A DNA stretch of 56,140 nucleotides, filler included, from Dimargaris cristalligena (GCA_003614675.1; 3 parts of 3 records of this genome joined end to end with filler, not necessarily neighbours in it); one strand, 5' to 3'; positions 1 through 13,625 are shown, numbered from the whole stretch's first letter. Notes: generated by a model from the letters alone, not told the origin. A program made the numbers and translations.

Positions 1-55
1 ATGACTAGAAATCATATGGGCTCCGCCCGCGCAGGTTCAAATCCTGCTGTTGTCG
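1..55 (+). tRNA. tRNA-Ser(AGA), 3' portion; 5' end cut off by the contig start
   Basis: Anticodon stem-loop ATGA-CTAGAAA-TCAT (AGA at 7-9), long variable arm GGGC-TCC-GCCC typical of Ser tRNAs, T arm GCAGG-TTCAAAT-CCTGC, acceptor 3' strand TGTTGTC plus discriminator G. Confidence 0.93.
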
Positions 56-59
56 TATC

Positions 60-65
60 TTTTTG
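60..65 (+). terminator. Pol III oligo-T terminator of the tRNA
   Basis: Run of 6 T starting 5 nt after the tRNA 3' end. Confidence 0.7.
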
Positions 66-643
66 TCCTTTTTGACCCTTTGAACATATACCACACTGGC
101 AACCTCTTGTCAGCATTACTACTTTTTTGAAAGGTGCTTACTCCTGGCCAGTAGACTCTAGTAACTCCGTTGAATTTAATTTTATTATCGACATTTCAAA
201 AATTTAGAAGGGTAGACTCATTTGGCGGGTAGCACAAAATGTATAGACAAATAGAGGTAATGTAGAGGGTAGCTATATAAATGTTATCGCTATAGAAAGC
301 CTAATAATGAACAAACCCGTATTAGTCACTGTATTTGAATAGGCAAAGGCACTTGGGGGGTGACAGACTCAGTTAGTTGAGTGTGTAAGCTATTTGGTGG
401 TCCGAATTGGAAATTTCACCCGTCTTGGGAAACCAAGGTTCTCCATTTCCCCATGGCAGCACATTGTCTTAGACCTTCGTACCCCAAATGAAAGTCACTC
501 GGCAATAGGCTAGAATGTGAAGGGGACATCATACGAATAACTGGACCTCGCTTTAGCTACATAGATTATTCATTCCGACTCCGCCTTCGATTCAAGAGCC
601 CCGCATTTCCCATCTGTTACGACACCCCCGCCCACCGAACCGC

Positions 644-2117
644 ATGCCTCCCCGTCACCTTTGGAGCACATTGCTGGGCGATGTAGTTCTAGCCCTCAGC
701 CTGGGGCTCTTCGGGCATTCGGCTCTGACCAGCCCCGGCCAAACTACAATGGCCCTGAACGGGCTCTGCGTTATTCTGTATGTCCTACGTCTGGTGGCTG
801 CTGCAATCGTAAGCCTTGGGACTTCGTCTACTGGCCATGGTGCTCGCTCATCTCCCAAGTTACTAAAGGTATGTTACCTGTCGGTTAGAACACGGCACTA
901 GGAAAGGGATTGTGTTTAACAATACGCCATGTCCTGGGGGGTACTCTAGGCAGAATGGGTTCAGCGGAGAAGGGACTGGGCTGCGGTTGGCCTCCCTGTG
1001 TTTCATTTACAGAGTTCTGGTATATGGGGTTTTTAGACCGTTCGTTCACTGATAACTCCGTCGTTTGTCCAATTTGATACATATACTTCTTATCATGCGG
1101 TTGCCGATTGACGTAAAACAGGGAATCGCTTCTACGCATGCACTAGCACTTGCAACGGCCGTAGTTGTTTATGTCACGTTGGTTTTATTTGGTGCCCCAC
1201 TGATAAAGTAAGTTTCCAATTCACATCTTAGACTGCGAGGAATGATTAGTTTAATGATTGCAATACCGGGCACGTAGTTGTTACAGCGTCTGGATCGCTA
1301 TACAAACACGGGTACATGTATTCATTAACTTTGGCCATTGATTTTACTAAATGTAAACCGCTATCCTGAACCTATTGATTCCATTTATTTATAACCAAAT
1401 CACTAGAAAAATCGGCGAAACAGTTGGTTTCTCGATCTTCTTAACGTTGCTATGGGTGTTTCCCTTGACCACGGCGTTTTCATACCGGTTTCCAAAAATT
1501 AAGCAGGCAATACTGACGGCCGATGACAGGTAAGTCACCATTTCTGTCTTGCCAAGGATTCATATCTGGGCTATGATACCCCCCAATCGTCTACTAAAAT
1601 CAAAGTAAGCTCCAAAGTTGCAACTAGAGTGTTTTATTCAAACTTCGGACTTATCTAATCATACATATTTTGTTCGCGATCAACATACTGGGTCACCCAC
1701 CATAGACCATGGACCGCTCTGGAGAAACAGACTATATTTCCACTAATTGGATCGATCGCGGGCCTGTGGCTGAGCGCTGGTGCGTATCCCCTGGATTGGG
1801 ACCGTCCCTGGCAGGTACGTCCATAATTATACATATAGGCATATACCTTCAAGACTGGCGAGTTCAAGAACCTCTTGTCCATTACAGCTAAAATACCTTT
1901 CCAGGTGTTCAATATATATATATATATTTAAAAAAAGCACAGCCGTCAACAACTCTATTTCCTACATCCGTTTATTATTATTTAGATTTGGCCTGTCCCG
2001 GGAATCTACGGTTCGCTTGTTGGCCACTTGGTAGGGTTAATTGGCACAATGTTCGTAGGCCCTACTCCGAAAGAAACCCGCGCTGAGGCTACCGATCAGA
2101 CCAAAAAAGCAAAGTAG
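644..2117 (+). CDS. GPI11: GPI biosynthesis protein PIG-F/Gpi11; exons 644-868, 1122-1207, 1407-1529, 1706-1814, 1986-2117
   Basis: Manual splicing at GT-AG sites keeps the frame and gives a hydrophobic protein with PIG-F motifs LVLFGAPL and GLWLSAGAYPLDWDRPWQIWPVPGIYG; stop TAG at 2115-2117. Confidence 0.9.
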
Positions 2118-3621
2118 CTGGGGGATTACCTCTCATCTGCGATGGTGCTAAATAAATGAATATTTCTAATATTTTCTATCCGAGTCTCGTTAGGAATAAA
2201 GCCTGGTATAATTGTATTGCATGATAGTTCGGTAAAAGAAACGTTAGTAATAGTCGACCAAACAGTATCCGACTAAGAGACCCGCTGCGTCTGGTAGGTG
2301 GTTAGAGCAGAAGATGGAGCTCAGTGAATGAATCAGCGGTTGACTGAGATTTACAAAAGAGCAATGCTAGGCACAGCCGGCAGCCGACGCCTCCTATGCT
2401 CAAATTTTGTTGGGAATAGCAAATATAAGAACCAGTGGAAAAATAAAACGACAGAGTATTCCAAAGTATGATTGCAGCACTCATCGATATGCAAAGACCA
2501 AGTGCGTTTTTCTTGAAGGAAAGCTAAGACGAGAAAACCCCGCTGCAATTAATGTATCAATGAAACATCTTCGCTTTCGCTCAGCATATGCAAAAATTGA
2601 ATCCATTGTCCGTATTAGTTACTGAAATTTGAATTTTTTGGTTTTTTGTTTAGGAATGAAAAAGGGAGGGGACACTGAGTGAATGAGCCTCGTTGAGTTG
2701 AAGGAATGCAGTTCATAATGCACTGCACTACCCAACCGCATAACTGTGCTATGACGATGTCCGGGGGCTGACCAAAGCACGATGCCTCCGGGAATCCCAA
2801 GGGAAACCCATCTCCGACAGCCCCTATATGGTGAATCGAGGCGGCTCCGCCAGCCCTGACCAACAGTTTACCTTTGGCACTTGCTGCCAGAATGTCCGAG
2901 GACTTTCCCTAGAACACAAGTGACTGGAGGACCGGTATTATTAGAATACCTCCCTCCCGTTAGTGGTGCTCCAATAGCGGTTCTTCTCGGTGTCCCCAAA
3001 GAGAAGAGTTGGTAAACTGCCGTATTTTCATAGGCTGATGAGGCTAATCAGGAGGTAGGGAGAAAAGCCCTTTATATATCAGAGACCAACTATTCCGGCT
3101 GGCAGTGCTCCTAATTGTGGGTCTTGATAAAAAATAGTAGGCTTAACCCCTTAACCTAATCTACATCCTACTTACACTATTAAACAAATCGCTATTCTTC
3201 AGTGAAAAAAAAATCACCCTTCCAAATGGTTAGCCAAGCTGAAAAAAAATAATCCATAGGATGTGTATAACCTACCAATCATCGCAAAAATACACCCATC
3301 CACTGAATGGTGGTCACGTTTCTGTTAAATGTAATACGAACCATGATTGAGTGATATTTAAAAAACGGGTGTGTTGTATACCCATAATAATATCTCTCCC
3401 AAATACCCCTGTGTTCCTGAGGCTGCACTTACGTGCCTAGAGGTTTACAAGCAGCACACCATCTCTGTACCCTCCCACTTAAATTCCTAGCAACGGGGAA
3501 AATAAGACATCAAGATTGCTTAGTCACAGGGATCGAACGTGATATTTACTGTAGAGAGGTATATTCATACATTATAAGTGAAACGGGGGATAAACTTATG
3601 CAGAAATAAGGTCGACGATAT

Positions 3622-3652
3622 GTATATATATATATAGAGAGAGAGAGAGAGC
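3622..3652. repeat. (TA)n(GA)n microsatellite
   Basis: Directly visible dinucleotide runs. Confidence 0.85.
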
Positions 3653-3824
3653 GCGCAGTTAAACGAATATTAGACGGGAAGAGATGAAGGAAAAACGAAA
3701 ACAAATCACCAAGTCTAGAACTATTTTGAATATGGGTACAGAAACGCGAAAGAAAAGAGATAGTATAGTAGTGGTGGAGGGTAATATGATCAGGAGAAGG
3801 GTACGCGAGACACAGAGTACCTCT

Positions 3825-5198
3825 CTATTGGTCCTCTTGAATATGGCGCACAAGGTCCTGGATAGCCTGGACACTTCCGATGATAAGGCCCACGACGCCC
3901 AGAATCAAAATAATGATCGCAAAGAACCGCTCCCACCAGTTCAACACCTTGATCCCGTAGAGCCGCACATAAAATACAATGGGGAAGACGAAGAAGACCA
4001 TGGTGGTGGACAGGGCCCCGACCAGGTTCAGCACGTCCGAGAAGTAGGGAATAGCAATGGCGATGCCGTACAGCGCCGCCACTATCAAACTCCGGAAGGT
4101 GAACCGAATCATGAGCTCCTTGGCCTTGCCCAGGCGGTCAACCGTAATATCCCAACTCGTTTCGAACTCCATAGCCACGGTGGTCAGCATAATGGGCGCG
4201 GCCAAGATCACGTGCAGACTAATGAGGATCAGGGCGATGGTCTTGGGGACGCCGTTGGGCAGGTTCGATAGAACGGGGGACATGGTGGTATTGCCCCAGA
4301 TGGCGTAGCTGCAGACGGACATGATTAGGTACAGCACCGTGATGCTGAACATACTGACGGCCAGCACTTTGGTCCAGTCGCGGGGGTTCTTCATGGAGGC
4401 CTCGACGTGGGGGTACACGACGGTACCCGAAAAGGCGAAACTAATCGACGCAATAGCGGAGGGTAGCGATGTGATCGTGAGGGCGGCGTAGGTGATGGTG
4501 TTGGAGGCGTGGATCGAGGACAGCTCGACAAACCCCACCACCACGGTGATGATCACGACGACCACGGTAGCCACATAACCGAACAGGGCCAGCACTGCTA
4601 CTTCCCGCATGGATTTCATCACCACGAAAGGGGCCCACATGACCAGGGCCACAATCAGTTTCCAGACCTTCGCATTGACATTCACGTCCACCTGCCGGAA
4701 CAGCCCGTCGATGTTATCACCGGCCAGGATAATATAAATGCAGATGGCGCCGAGGATGTAGAGGTAGTGGAAAAACAGCGTCACGTAGAGCCCCGGTTTA
4801 CCGAAAGCGGCTTCCCCAATCTCCGGGAAACTGCTGAGGCGCCGGTCGGGCTTGTAGTACAGGCAGCGGATAAGGATCGTACCGGAATAGACGCCGATGA
4901 AACCGGAGAGCAAAATGAGAATCACTGACACCCAGCCGCCTTCGCTGAGGGCGTAGGGTAGTTGCAGCACACCGGTACCCGCCACAACACAGACCACGTT
5001 CATAAAGGCCGACCAGTTCGACGCGTTGCGGTGCAGGGTTTCCTCGGTGATCGCTTGGTCGATGGAGGCCTCCTCGGCTTTGGTGTCCGATAGGTTGTCA
5101 CCACCACCATCCACCGAGTGGAGGGACTTGGCGTCGCTGGCCGCGAAATAGCCGGTGTCTTCCTCACCCTTGGTGTAGCTGGGAACAGGGCTGAGCAT
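3825..5198 (-). CDS. Amino acid permease, AAAP/Aa_trans family (Avt-like), intronless, 457 aa
   Basis: About 11 hydrophobic segments; motifs AFMNVVCVVAGTGVLQLPYALSEGGW and SFAFSGTVVYPHVEASMKNPRDW. Confidence 0.9.
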   Translation of the reverse strand: MLSPVPSYTKGEEDTGYFAASDAKSLHSVDGGGDNLSDTKAEEASIDQAITEETLHRNASNWSAFMNVVCVVAGTGVLQLPYALSEGGWVSVILILLSGFIGVYSGTILIRCLYYKPDRRLSSFPEIGEAAFGKPGLYVTLFFHYLYILGAICIYIILAGDNIDGLFRQVDVNVNAKVWKLIVALVMWAPFVVMKSMREVAVLALFGYVATVVVVIITVVVGFVELSSIHASNTITYAALTITSLPSAIASISFAFSGTVVYPHVEASMKNPRDWTKVLAVSMFSITVLYLIMSVCSYAIWGNTTMSPVLSNLPNGVPKTIALILISLHVILAAPIMLTTVAMEFETSWDITVDRLGKAKELMIRFTFRSLIVAALYGIAIAIPYFSDVLNLVGALSTTMVFFVFPIVFYVRLYGIKVLNWWERFFAIIILILGVVGLIIGSVQAIQDLVRHIQEDQ

Positions 5199-8100
5199 GG
5201 TGAATTATGGGCAAGATACGGGAGTAATACCGATCTAAGAGGCGAAAATGATATAGGAGTATCTAAAAGTATAAATGAAGCATCAACCAAAAAAAAACAC
5301 ACTTAGGATCACTTATAATTATAGTAAGAGTAATTGTAATGATAATAACAATAAAAATGATAAAAATACCGAAAGGAGATTGGCAAACAGGTACGAATAA
5401 CTAACACTGCAACGGAGGGGCAACACTTGGACAGTAAAACGCCGCGGGCTATATACCTTTATATATAAGTGTATTTGTGAGCGAGGGGAGGGGAGTGATA
5501 TTATTTGGGGAAGTCGAAGTCGCCCTTGTTGTAATTCTCGGGGTTCGGTGACTGGCTGGGAGAACAGGGGGGGGGGGAGTGGGGTACAATAACACACCAC
5601 CCACAAAGGTCTAATACAGCTCGCAAAGCGTTTGGAGGAGACAAGGAGACTGGGGTAGCCTACTGTATTGTAATAGGAGCGTGTGCGCGTGAGAAGGATA
5701 TATCCCCTTATAGTATTTGTCAGTAGAAGGGGAACACCGCATGGGCGGGCTGACAACTCCCGTAGTTTCGTTGGTGGAACGGAATATAGACGAGGTGCGC
5801 GATTTGTGGCGTTTGTTTACGGACCAGTAGCCTATAAGATGTTGCCATGATTGGTTGGGTATCATGCCGAGGGGTTAGAACGGGGCCAGGGCATTGGTCA
5901 AAATGGAACATTGGTTAGTTTGGTGCTGATCATTGGTAAGGTGTTTTCCATTATCGAATACACCATAAACGGCAGTCGCCAGCCACATTACTTTGCGCAT
6001 GTGTCCTGGGAAGGAGAGGAGGTTAAGCTCAATGGTTTAATTGGTAGCCCGGTAGGGTAGAGGGAATCATCAATTCGCCCCTCTCTAGCAAATGAAAGGA
6101 GTGAGTGGGCGTGTAGTAGAATAAAATAATATAGCGCAGCCACTAGTCTCTGCAAAGGCCCTGTGTATGGAAATGGAGGTGAAGGGGGGGGGGAGTCGTT
6201 GGCAAATCGATTTGCCGCCCGCACAACTCCTATTTATCAAGGGCCACCTGATCAAACTGAATAATACTGGCTTAACCAGAAAAAGCATCATGGGAACAGC
6301 GTAAATTGGAACAACCTAAATACAACCAGGCGCCATGCCGTTCAGTCAGTCAGTCTCGGTCACAGAGTTGTCACAGGCCAACTGCCTCCGACGCCGCTGG
6401 GGTATAGCAGCTTACTACACCCACCAAAGGGGGAGGAGAGGAATCCTGGGTAATTGTAGTATAACAGAAAAATCCCCCTCTGACCCCTTCTTATCTCTGG
6501 GGCGGTGATCTGCAGGTATTCTGTGGCCAGTGGGGCTGAGTCAAATAGATAGGGATTACTTACTGGTTCGAATACGAGTTTATCAGGTAGAAGGGCGGCA
6601 ATGATGTTTCGGGGAGGCTAAAACAGAGGTTGCGGTTCGTCTGGAGAATAGGCGGATTCAGGGGAGTATAGTGGGGAAATCGAACAGGTATACCAAGCCT
6701 TTAGTCGACTAGGTTAAAAATATATAGTATTGGATATTCAAAGAGTGGATGTCAGCAGTATTTAAAGAGTATAAAGAGAGGGTGGACCATCCACCCAGGC
6801 ATAGGGTCCGAACAGCCCCTGAGGCCTTTTACACGCGTGTGCGGCGACTATTCACGGGGACAGATTTGTAGGGGTAAGCCATGCCTACTCCACTCCACTT
6901 CACCATTCCGCTACTATACAGTATCCAGTAGGCCCGACACCTCCATATCTCCACTTGATAGCCTCATTTACACACCATCATGCTCCATCTGTTCCCAACA
7001 ATTTAATTCCGTAATCATTCCCGATGGTTCAATTAGAGTAGGGCGGAGGAGTATGACTATGTATCCCTTGGCGTATGTTCGTAACTGGAGTAAGGGAAGA
7101 GCGCCATTAAAATATCCTAAGTTTGGTAGTTACCTAATATGTCCCTCTAAAACAGGCCGCAAACGAAATGTTGACGAGTGATTGAGTAAGTAAATTAATG
7201 GTGGTAGCCTAGTTCCCAGAGCCCACTCGATTATTTTGATGAATGGCCGTAGTCGTGGGTGGCTGCAAGTGGTGTAAGGATGACGTGTGGATTGAGCGCC
7301 TCGACTGTAAAAAATGAACGACGGGTCAAGAAACCCGAAACTTATGATAATCACAAACTCGGCTACAGCGACCGCACTTTTAACGGTAAAAGTGGTGAGT
7401 AGGTCCGATGAATAAAATGTAAATCAGCGGCGTAATAGGGCTGGGTCAAGGTTGATAGACCCAGACATTAGGAAGCAGACCGGTCTAGTCAAATAATTAA
7501 TGTTTAGACCCGGCGGTGTTCGATTTTTGGGATTGAGCCTTAGCGAAAGTATTCCTGGGAGTAATTGGGAGAAGGAATTCGTTACTTAGGTGCATATTAC
7601 TGACCGGCTGGTTTGGCCTTGGTCATACCGTGTGTACACTGATGGCCGGAGAGAAGGTGGATGCAGGAGAAGGTAGGTGGGGTGGGGTATATTCCACCCC
7701 CCCCCCCACCTAGCTGAAATAGGGTGAGCAGCATAAAGAGAGTACTCAGCAGGTTTGGCATATGTTTTGAGATCTTGTCATTCACAGTGGTGGGGCGGGA
7801 GTTTGGAGGAGAGGCGAAACAGCCTACCGCGTCCTTGAGGCAGTATGGCTGGGACGCACATGGTCATATCCGGATTATCACGTTTTTCATATGAGATTGG
7901 GAACCGGTTATTACTTCATTAATGGAATCGCGTGGTTCTTTTATTCGATCCAAATTATTATTTCATTTAAAGTGCCCGTAAACTCTAAAATGAATGGGCC
8001 ATAATGTATCACAAGGTCTGCCATGGATGGCGATATGAACCCACTTCCAATATGAGCGTGGATAGTAAGAGATGCCGTTGTTTAAAGTGGGTAGACTTGA

Positions 8101-10735
8101 TTTCGTGATCGTAGCCAAGACCTAGGGGCATAGTAGTATAATGTCACACCAGTCTTCCCATATTACAAGACCTAACCGCCACTCTCTCCTTTCGATTGAA
8201 TCATAGGCGCGTTGACATCATTTGCTGCTATCTGAAGATTACGCCGCGGGACAGCACAACAACCAGCGACCCGGTACATCTATTGCCCACAATCAACCCG
8301 GTATAGGCAATATACGGGCAGCATGTAGCAGCGGACGAAGGAGGCTGGTGGGCCGGCCTCGCATGCCAACCGGCTACATAAAGTGGTACCATGTGTCTCT
8401 CCCTCCGATGCCACTCCAGGGGGATCAGAGGGTACCAATGGTCTGCCTGTGGACCATCGACGATTGACATTTTACAATCAGCTTGCTAATGATTCTGCTT
8501 ATACTATTAATATATTTCGCGATATACAAAAAAAAATATCTCTAAAAGGCGATTCATAAGCGATATACTGGATGTTAGGGGTTGCTGGATAATATTCTCC
8601 AAATATCGTGGCGGCATAACATACCTTGATACCATTCGAAGGTGATTTGAAAATAGCAACGGTGGATTCCCTGGATAACCTGCCTGCTCCAAAACCACCC
8701 AATCTACAGAAAACCCGAAGGTAGAGGGCCAAGTTGACTAAAATCTAAGGTTATTTTAATGGGTGATTAGACGAGGCATAGAACTGGGTCGATTTAGGAA
8801 AGGCCAGGGGAAACAATGCAGGGTCCGGTGGTTTTGCGCGTAGGGGTGGGTGGTATAAAAGGGCCCGTGTCAAATCCCATGGCAGGGGTGTGTTATTCCA
8901 CAACCATTGTCGAGATTACCCTTGAGCCAGTTGATTGTGAACGTTGGGGCCCGTAATTAACTACCCGTATAGGGTTGTGGCTGCATCATATTCCTTTCAG
9001 GTAAACCGGCCATTCGCCATACATACCCCAGTCCCCACAATTTACGACCTCGTGGTGGGGGGGTTTTTTTTCACGTTCTCTAGGTATTAAACTGCTACTC
9101 TACAGTTGGATTTATCCATGCACTCGGTCAGGGGAATAGACGGAACCAAGACATGGAGTGGCTGCCCGGCAACATTTCCGGTTTCTATTTTAATAAAACC
9201 CCGGTTTGAAATTATAACAGGAGCGGAGGGGATTTGCTATCCGATAAACACAAGGGGATTGGTTGGAGGAGGGGCTTGCTTCCGGCGCCGAAGCAGCACG
9301 GGGGCTGCGATAAATAGCATCGATTGAATAGACCAGGCGGCCCTATGATTTTATTTGCCAATTTTGTTATCTACCTCATACTTCCCAGAACCCATGACAG
9401 AACTACAGAATACGTTATATAATGGCGGTACATTATTATATTCTTACTTTACCACTTCCTTTCTACCCCGAGCCATGTGGTGATAAGGTCAAAATGGCGT
9501 GGTTAAGCCACTGTACCGTTGTTTGCAGACTTGTACGTTGCTGGACATTTACTATTAATAACCGATTGCTAGTGACCGGATATCATTATTAATGATGCAG
9601 AGCGACTTCTGCGGCAATATATATGGTAATGCTATACTCGTTATCGACCTAGTTAACCAACTCAACGAGGTGGGGGGGGTATATGCAGTCGACTCAATGG
9701 TTAGTTGAAATAGTAATAGTCGGGCTCCACTCAGTCAGAACAATCGCGATTAATAAAGCTTGCAATTGAATGGTCAAGGTCGTTTTTGAATCCACCATTC
9801 ATGTTTTTTCCCAATTAGCTCTCCCTCCGCGTCGGTCGATGACGCGGCCGACCCAAAACACCCCGCGTCCGGAATTATTACCTCGGTGGTGACCGGGGTA
9901 CTCATAGGCAGCCAATGTGAGTTTTGCTACGAAATACGCTGATTAATTTTACCCGTTTATAGCGGACGGATCCACTAATGGACAGGCTCAAGCTGGGCAA
10001 CCAGGATGTTTACTGGATGGTTTGGTAATGTGAGGGGTAATGTGACTGGGCGGATAATATCAGCTAAATAGAGTGGGTGGCAACATTCAACGCCTTTTAA
10101 ATAGAGGGTCATAAATGAAATATCAGTGTAAAAATAGGCGGGCAATATAATACTGACCAGTTGGTCATACGTGGATCTCATCCAACAGATCTTTGGTGAT
10201 ACAGCCAGATTGACCCTTTCCCATATGGAGGAGGTGCACTATCCTACACAATTTTCTTGAGCCACGCCCCCGGAATTTGCACCGGTCAGCTTCATTTAGC
10301 CAAAAGCGAGTGTTGAGTAATAGTGGACATGCTGTGGGAGATACTTATATAGTGATGTCACTTGTGATCCGTAGCGCGCTGAAGTGAAGCACTGATGATA
10401 TCAGCGGAGGGTTGGTTCAAAAATCAATTGTTTTCGGTGTGGTTAGATCCAAAGGAGCAGTCAAGTCACATTGCTTCATTTGGTCATTGATTAAGTATAG
10501 CGTGGTCGATTACATTTATTGGTATAATATAAAATTAAAGTCCCCAACAGTAACGGTGTGGCAAAGCAGCCTATTCTGGCCACTAACCCCACACGGTTGG
10601 ATAGAGTAAATTAGCTTATGGCCGGTCGGTAATGATGGTATAGTGTATGTATATTGCTAGTGAGTCGGCGTGGGAGGGAAAATTAAACAATTTGGGGATT
10701 CGTTTTATGAGAGAGTTGCGGAGAGGGGGGTGGGC

Positions 10736-11794
10736 TTATTTCATACGCTCAAAGGCATTGATGACCATGTAACGGGAGAAGAAGATGTAAAGATGGCGGA
10801 ACCAAACCATTTGACTCTGGTGCTGGTACATGGCGGCCCGGGAAAGCAGCATATCCCGCAGGGGCGCTACGATCAGGAGATACTCAGGGGAGGAGATCAG
10901 GCCAATACTGGCGAGTTCGGGTTGGGCGGTAATCGAGAGGGAGAACAGCGTATCGAAGAGGGAGATGTATTTGCGGAGTAGCGATACCGACATGAGGCGA
11001 TAGCAGGGTAGGTTACGGGCATTGACCTTGCGGGAGAAGCCCAGCATGTGTTGGACGCCTAGATTGGTGGCAATGTGGTTGATATGACCGGACACGCCCC
11101 GCGTATCGAAGGTAAAGAGGGACCCGATGCCGCGCTCGACCACGCAGGTTTCCACAATTTTGGCGATCAGTTTGATATTCCAAACCCGCTTCGGATCATC
11201 GGGTAGCGACGTGGGATCGTTCACGAGAATGAGGTTGGCCTTGGCGATACCGTAGGTCTGGCAGCTGTGGAGGAGTTCCACCTGGCGGCGTTCGCCCTGG
11301 CCGTCGAAGTTACCGGCGGAGAGGCACAGAACGTGAATTTCCACACTGGGGTTCTCGTCGTCGGGGTCGGGACTACGCCAGCGCCGGAGGGCGGCGAGGA
11401 GGGGACCGAAAAACATGCACTCGTCATCCGGATGGGCGATCACCAGTAGCACACGGCGGAGGGACGGGGGCGACATGGGCAGAAGGGGAGTGGCGGTGGT
11501 GGTAGTAGTAGTAGTCGTCGCATCCTCAGTGTCGGTGGTATCCTCGGCCTCGGTAGTAGAGGGTCGACGGCGCTGGCGCAGAGTTTGGTCGCCGGAGGTG
11601 GCGGGGTCGGTCTCGTCGCTTTTGGGTTCGGGTTCCGGGGCGGAGCTGGTGGAGGTGGGTAGGGGTTTGGCGTTGGGATTGGCGGGAATGTACTCGGGTT
11701 GGAGCTGGGGCGGGTAGAAAAGGAGGGCCACATAGGTACAACCGGACAGGAAGCCCAGGATGCCGGCCACGACGGCTATGATGCCCAGTATCAT
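10736..11794 (-). CDS. GPI12: N-acetylglucosaminyl-phosphatidylinositol de-N-acetylase (PIG-L family), 352 aa
   Basis: N-terminal TM anchor; LLVIAHPDDECMFF, TFDTRGVSGHINH and AMYQHQSQMVWFRHLYIFFSRYM motifs. Confidence 0.93.
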   Translation of the reverse strand: MILGIIAVVAGILGFLSGCTYVALLFYPPQLQPEYIPANPNAKPLPTSTSSAPEPEPKSDETDPATSGDQTLRQRRRPSTTEAEDTTDTEDATTTTTTTTATPLLPMSPPSLRRVLLVIAHPDDECMFFGPLLAALRRWRSPDPDDENPSVEIHVLCLSAGNFDGQGERRQVELLHSCQTYGIAKANLILVNDPTSLPDDPKRVWNIKLIAKIVETCVVERGIGSLFTFDTRGVSGHINHIATNLGVQHMLGFSRKVNARNLPCYRLMSVSLLRKYISLFDTLFSLSITAQPELASIGLISSPEYLLIVAPLRDMLLSRAAMYQHQSQMVWFRHLYIFFSRYMVINAFERMK

Positions 11795-12594
11795 GGTGTA
11801 TAATCGCTGGAGAAGGACTAGGGGAAGGAATGAAGAGTAAGCTTAGCTGAGACGAAAGCAAAACAAAGTCGGTAGGGTTTGGAATGGAGGGAGTGCGAGG
11901 GGGGCCTATTAGAGAGGACGTAAAAGGCGGGGGATATCAGGAGAAACCTCACCTAAGTCCTGCAGTAATCAGTACCATAAGAATGACGCAGGGCTTGCTA
12001 GAGGGAGGAGTGCGGTGGCTTTTACACAGGTGGTGTTGCGGGTCACACAAGCCGCGTATTGAGCGAGAGTTAAACATCGCAGTAGTAGTAGTCGGTCGCT
12101 TATCTAATTACCCTCCTTCCCCAGCGGAGTTTACAGTCCCCGTTGTTCAAGAACCGCTTAGGGTTAGGGTGTTTCCCTAATCCTGGTTTAGTTAGTGCCA
12201 TTAAAGATGCATCAAACTGGACTGGACCGGTTATGCATTGCACTATTCGCATCGAGGCTACATGTATTTATTAATAGGAAAAGGCGGGATAAGGAATGCT
12301 AAAAGCACGGAGGCGAGAGGCAATGGATAAGACATAGTAAGTAACAGCCAAGGGGTGGTAAAAACACAAAGAGGCCCGCGCGATACGACAAGTGGGACGC
12401 GGCGGCTGTGCTGGCGGTGGTCTACGGGGAGAAACGAACCCCATTGATAAGGCCAGGTAGTGTTTTCCTCGGCCTTTCTTCCCTCCTCCAAGGCTCCGTT
12501 CGCAGCCTCTTTCCGCACTGAAGAGACATACACCCCCACCTTCTTCTTCTCCTTCTCTCTAGAGCATCTTTTAATCGATCTCCTAGGACATGGT

Positions 12595-13312
12595 CTAATC
12601 CTCCTCCATGGACTCGTTGTTCTGGCCCTCCTCGACCAGCTTCTGACCGGAGGCGGCTTCGGCGAGCTGCTTCTGGGCGGCCAGTTTGTTTTGTACGGCG
12701 GACATGGCGGCCTTGGCGGTTTCGGTGTAAGCGCCGACGAGCTGGATGTTGGTCTGGACCTCGCGGATATTTTCGGAGCGGTCCTTCTCCTTGTTGCCCT
12801 CCATACGGGTCTGGAAGAAGGCGCCTTCGCGCTTGGCCCGGATCTGCTGGATGCGCTGCATGGCCTTGAGGGTGGTGGCCATAAGGTCCCGGTCGTACCG
12901 CACGGGGATGTTGCGCCGCTTTTCGAACTCGAGGGACTGGTCAATGGTCATTTCCTTGCCAGACGACTTGCGGAAGGCCTTGGTCCAGCGCAGCTTGCGA
13001 GGAGCCCGCTTCATCTTGAAGTTGCGGTGGCATTTGGACCGACAAAACCGGAAAATCTGGCAGGGGTGTGTGTGTATCATCGTGGCCCATAGGGGTAGAG
13101 GCAAATAGAGATGGTGTGGTTAGAGGACCGGCGTAGGCAGGGCTAGGAAAGACTAGGGTTAAAATAATAACCACTGCGTTGGCCGGCTTAAAGGCCGGGA
13201 CAAGACCCATATTGGTTTTATATTATCTTACCTTGCTGTCATTCCGGACAAAGGCGGTACCGTGGCCGGGGTAGACGGTCGACGAGCAAAAGTAACACTT
13301 TTCTAATCTCAT
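12595..13312 (-). CDS. RLP24: Ribosome biogenesis protein Rlp24 (L24e-like); exons 13312-13232 and 13056-12595
   Basis: Exon 1 [33 protein letters not shown]...CAG intron, exon 2 [30 protein letters not shown]...[15 protein letters not shown]. Confidence 0.95.
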
Positions 13313-13625
13313 GGTGTATAATAGGCGGAATTAGCCGAGGAGGTTGCCGAGTGTATAGAGAACAGGTCGGGAGTAGAATACAGGCAGCTACAGCAATGCA
13401 ATAAAGAACGCCTTTCCTATACAACTAATATGGGTTAAGCTGAGAAAATGGGGAAGAATCGGAACAATGAGGGAAGGCCAAAGGAGAACTGTAGCGGATT
13501 CAACAAAACTTCTATGGCTTTTTCGACCAGTATAGTAATAATTATGGCCTGCGCTGTCCCAGGCAAAAGTGGTGGTGCTGAAGAAAAAAAAACTATTGAC
13601 ACTTGTTAGTATGGCATAGTATTGT

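Noticed and set aside
3684..4928. Antisense and alternative-frame ORFs over GC-rich genes (also 12460-13092, 23480-23993, 52946-53728)
   Set aside because: Shadow ORFs caused by codon bias of the real genes.
6537..6543. TGAGTCA Gcn4/CpcA-type site upstream of the amino-acid permease
   Set aside because: Single 7-mer 1.3 kb from the ATG; similar sites occur elsewhere in the window, consistent with chance.
10350..10400. C/D-box snoRNA-like GTGATG...CTGA
   Set aside because: Imperfect C box, too short, and no evident rRNA guide.
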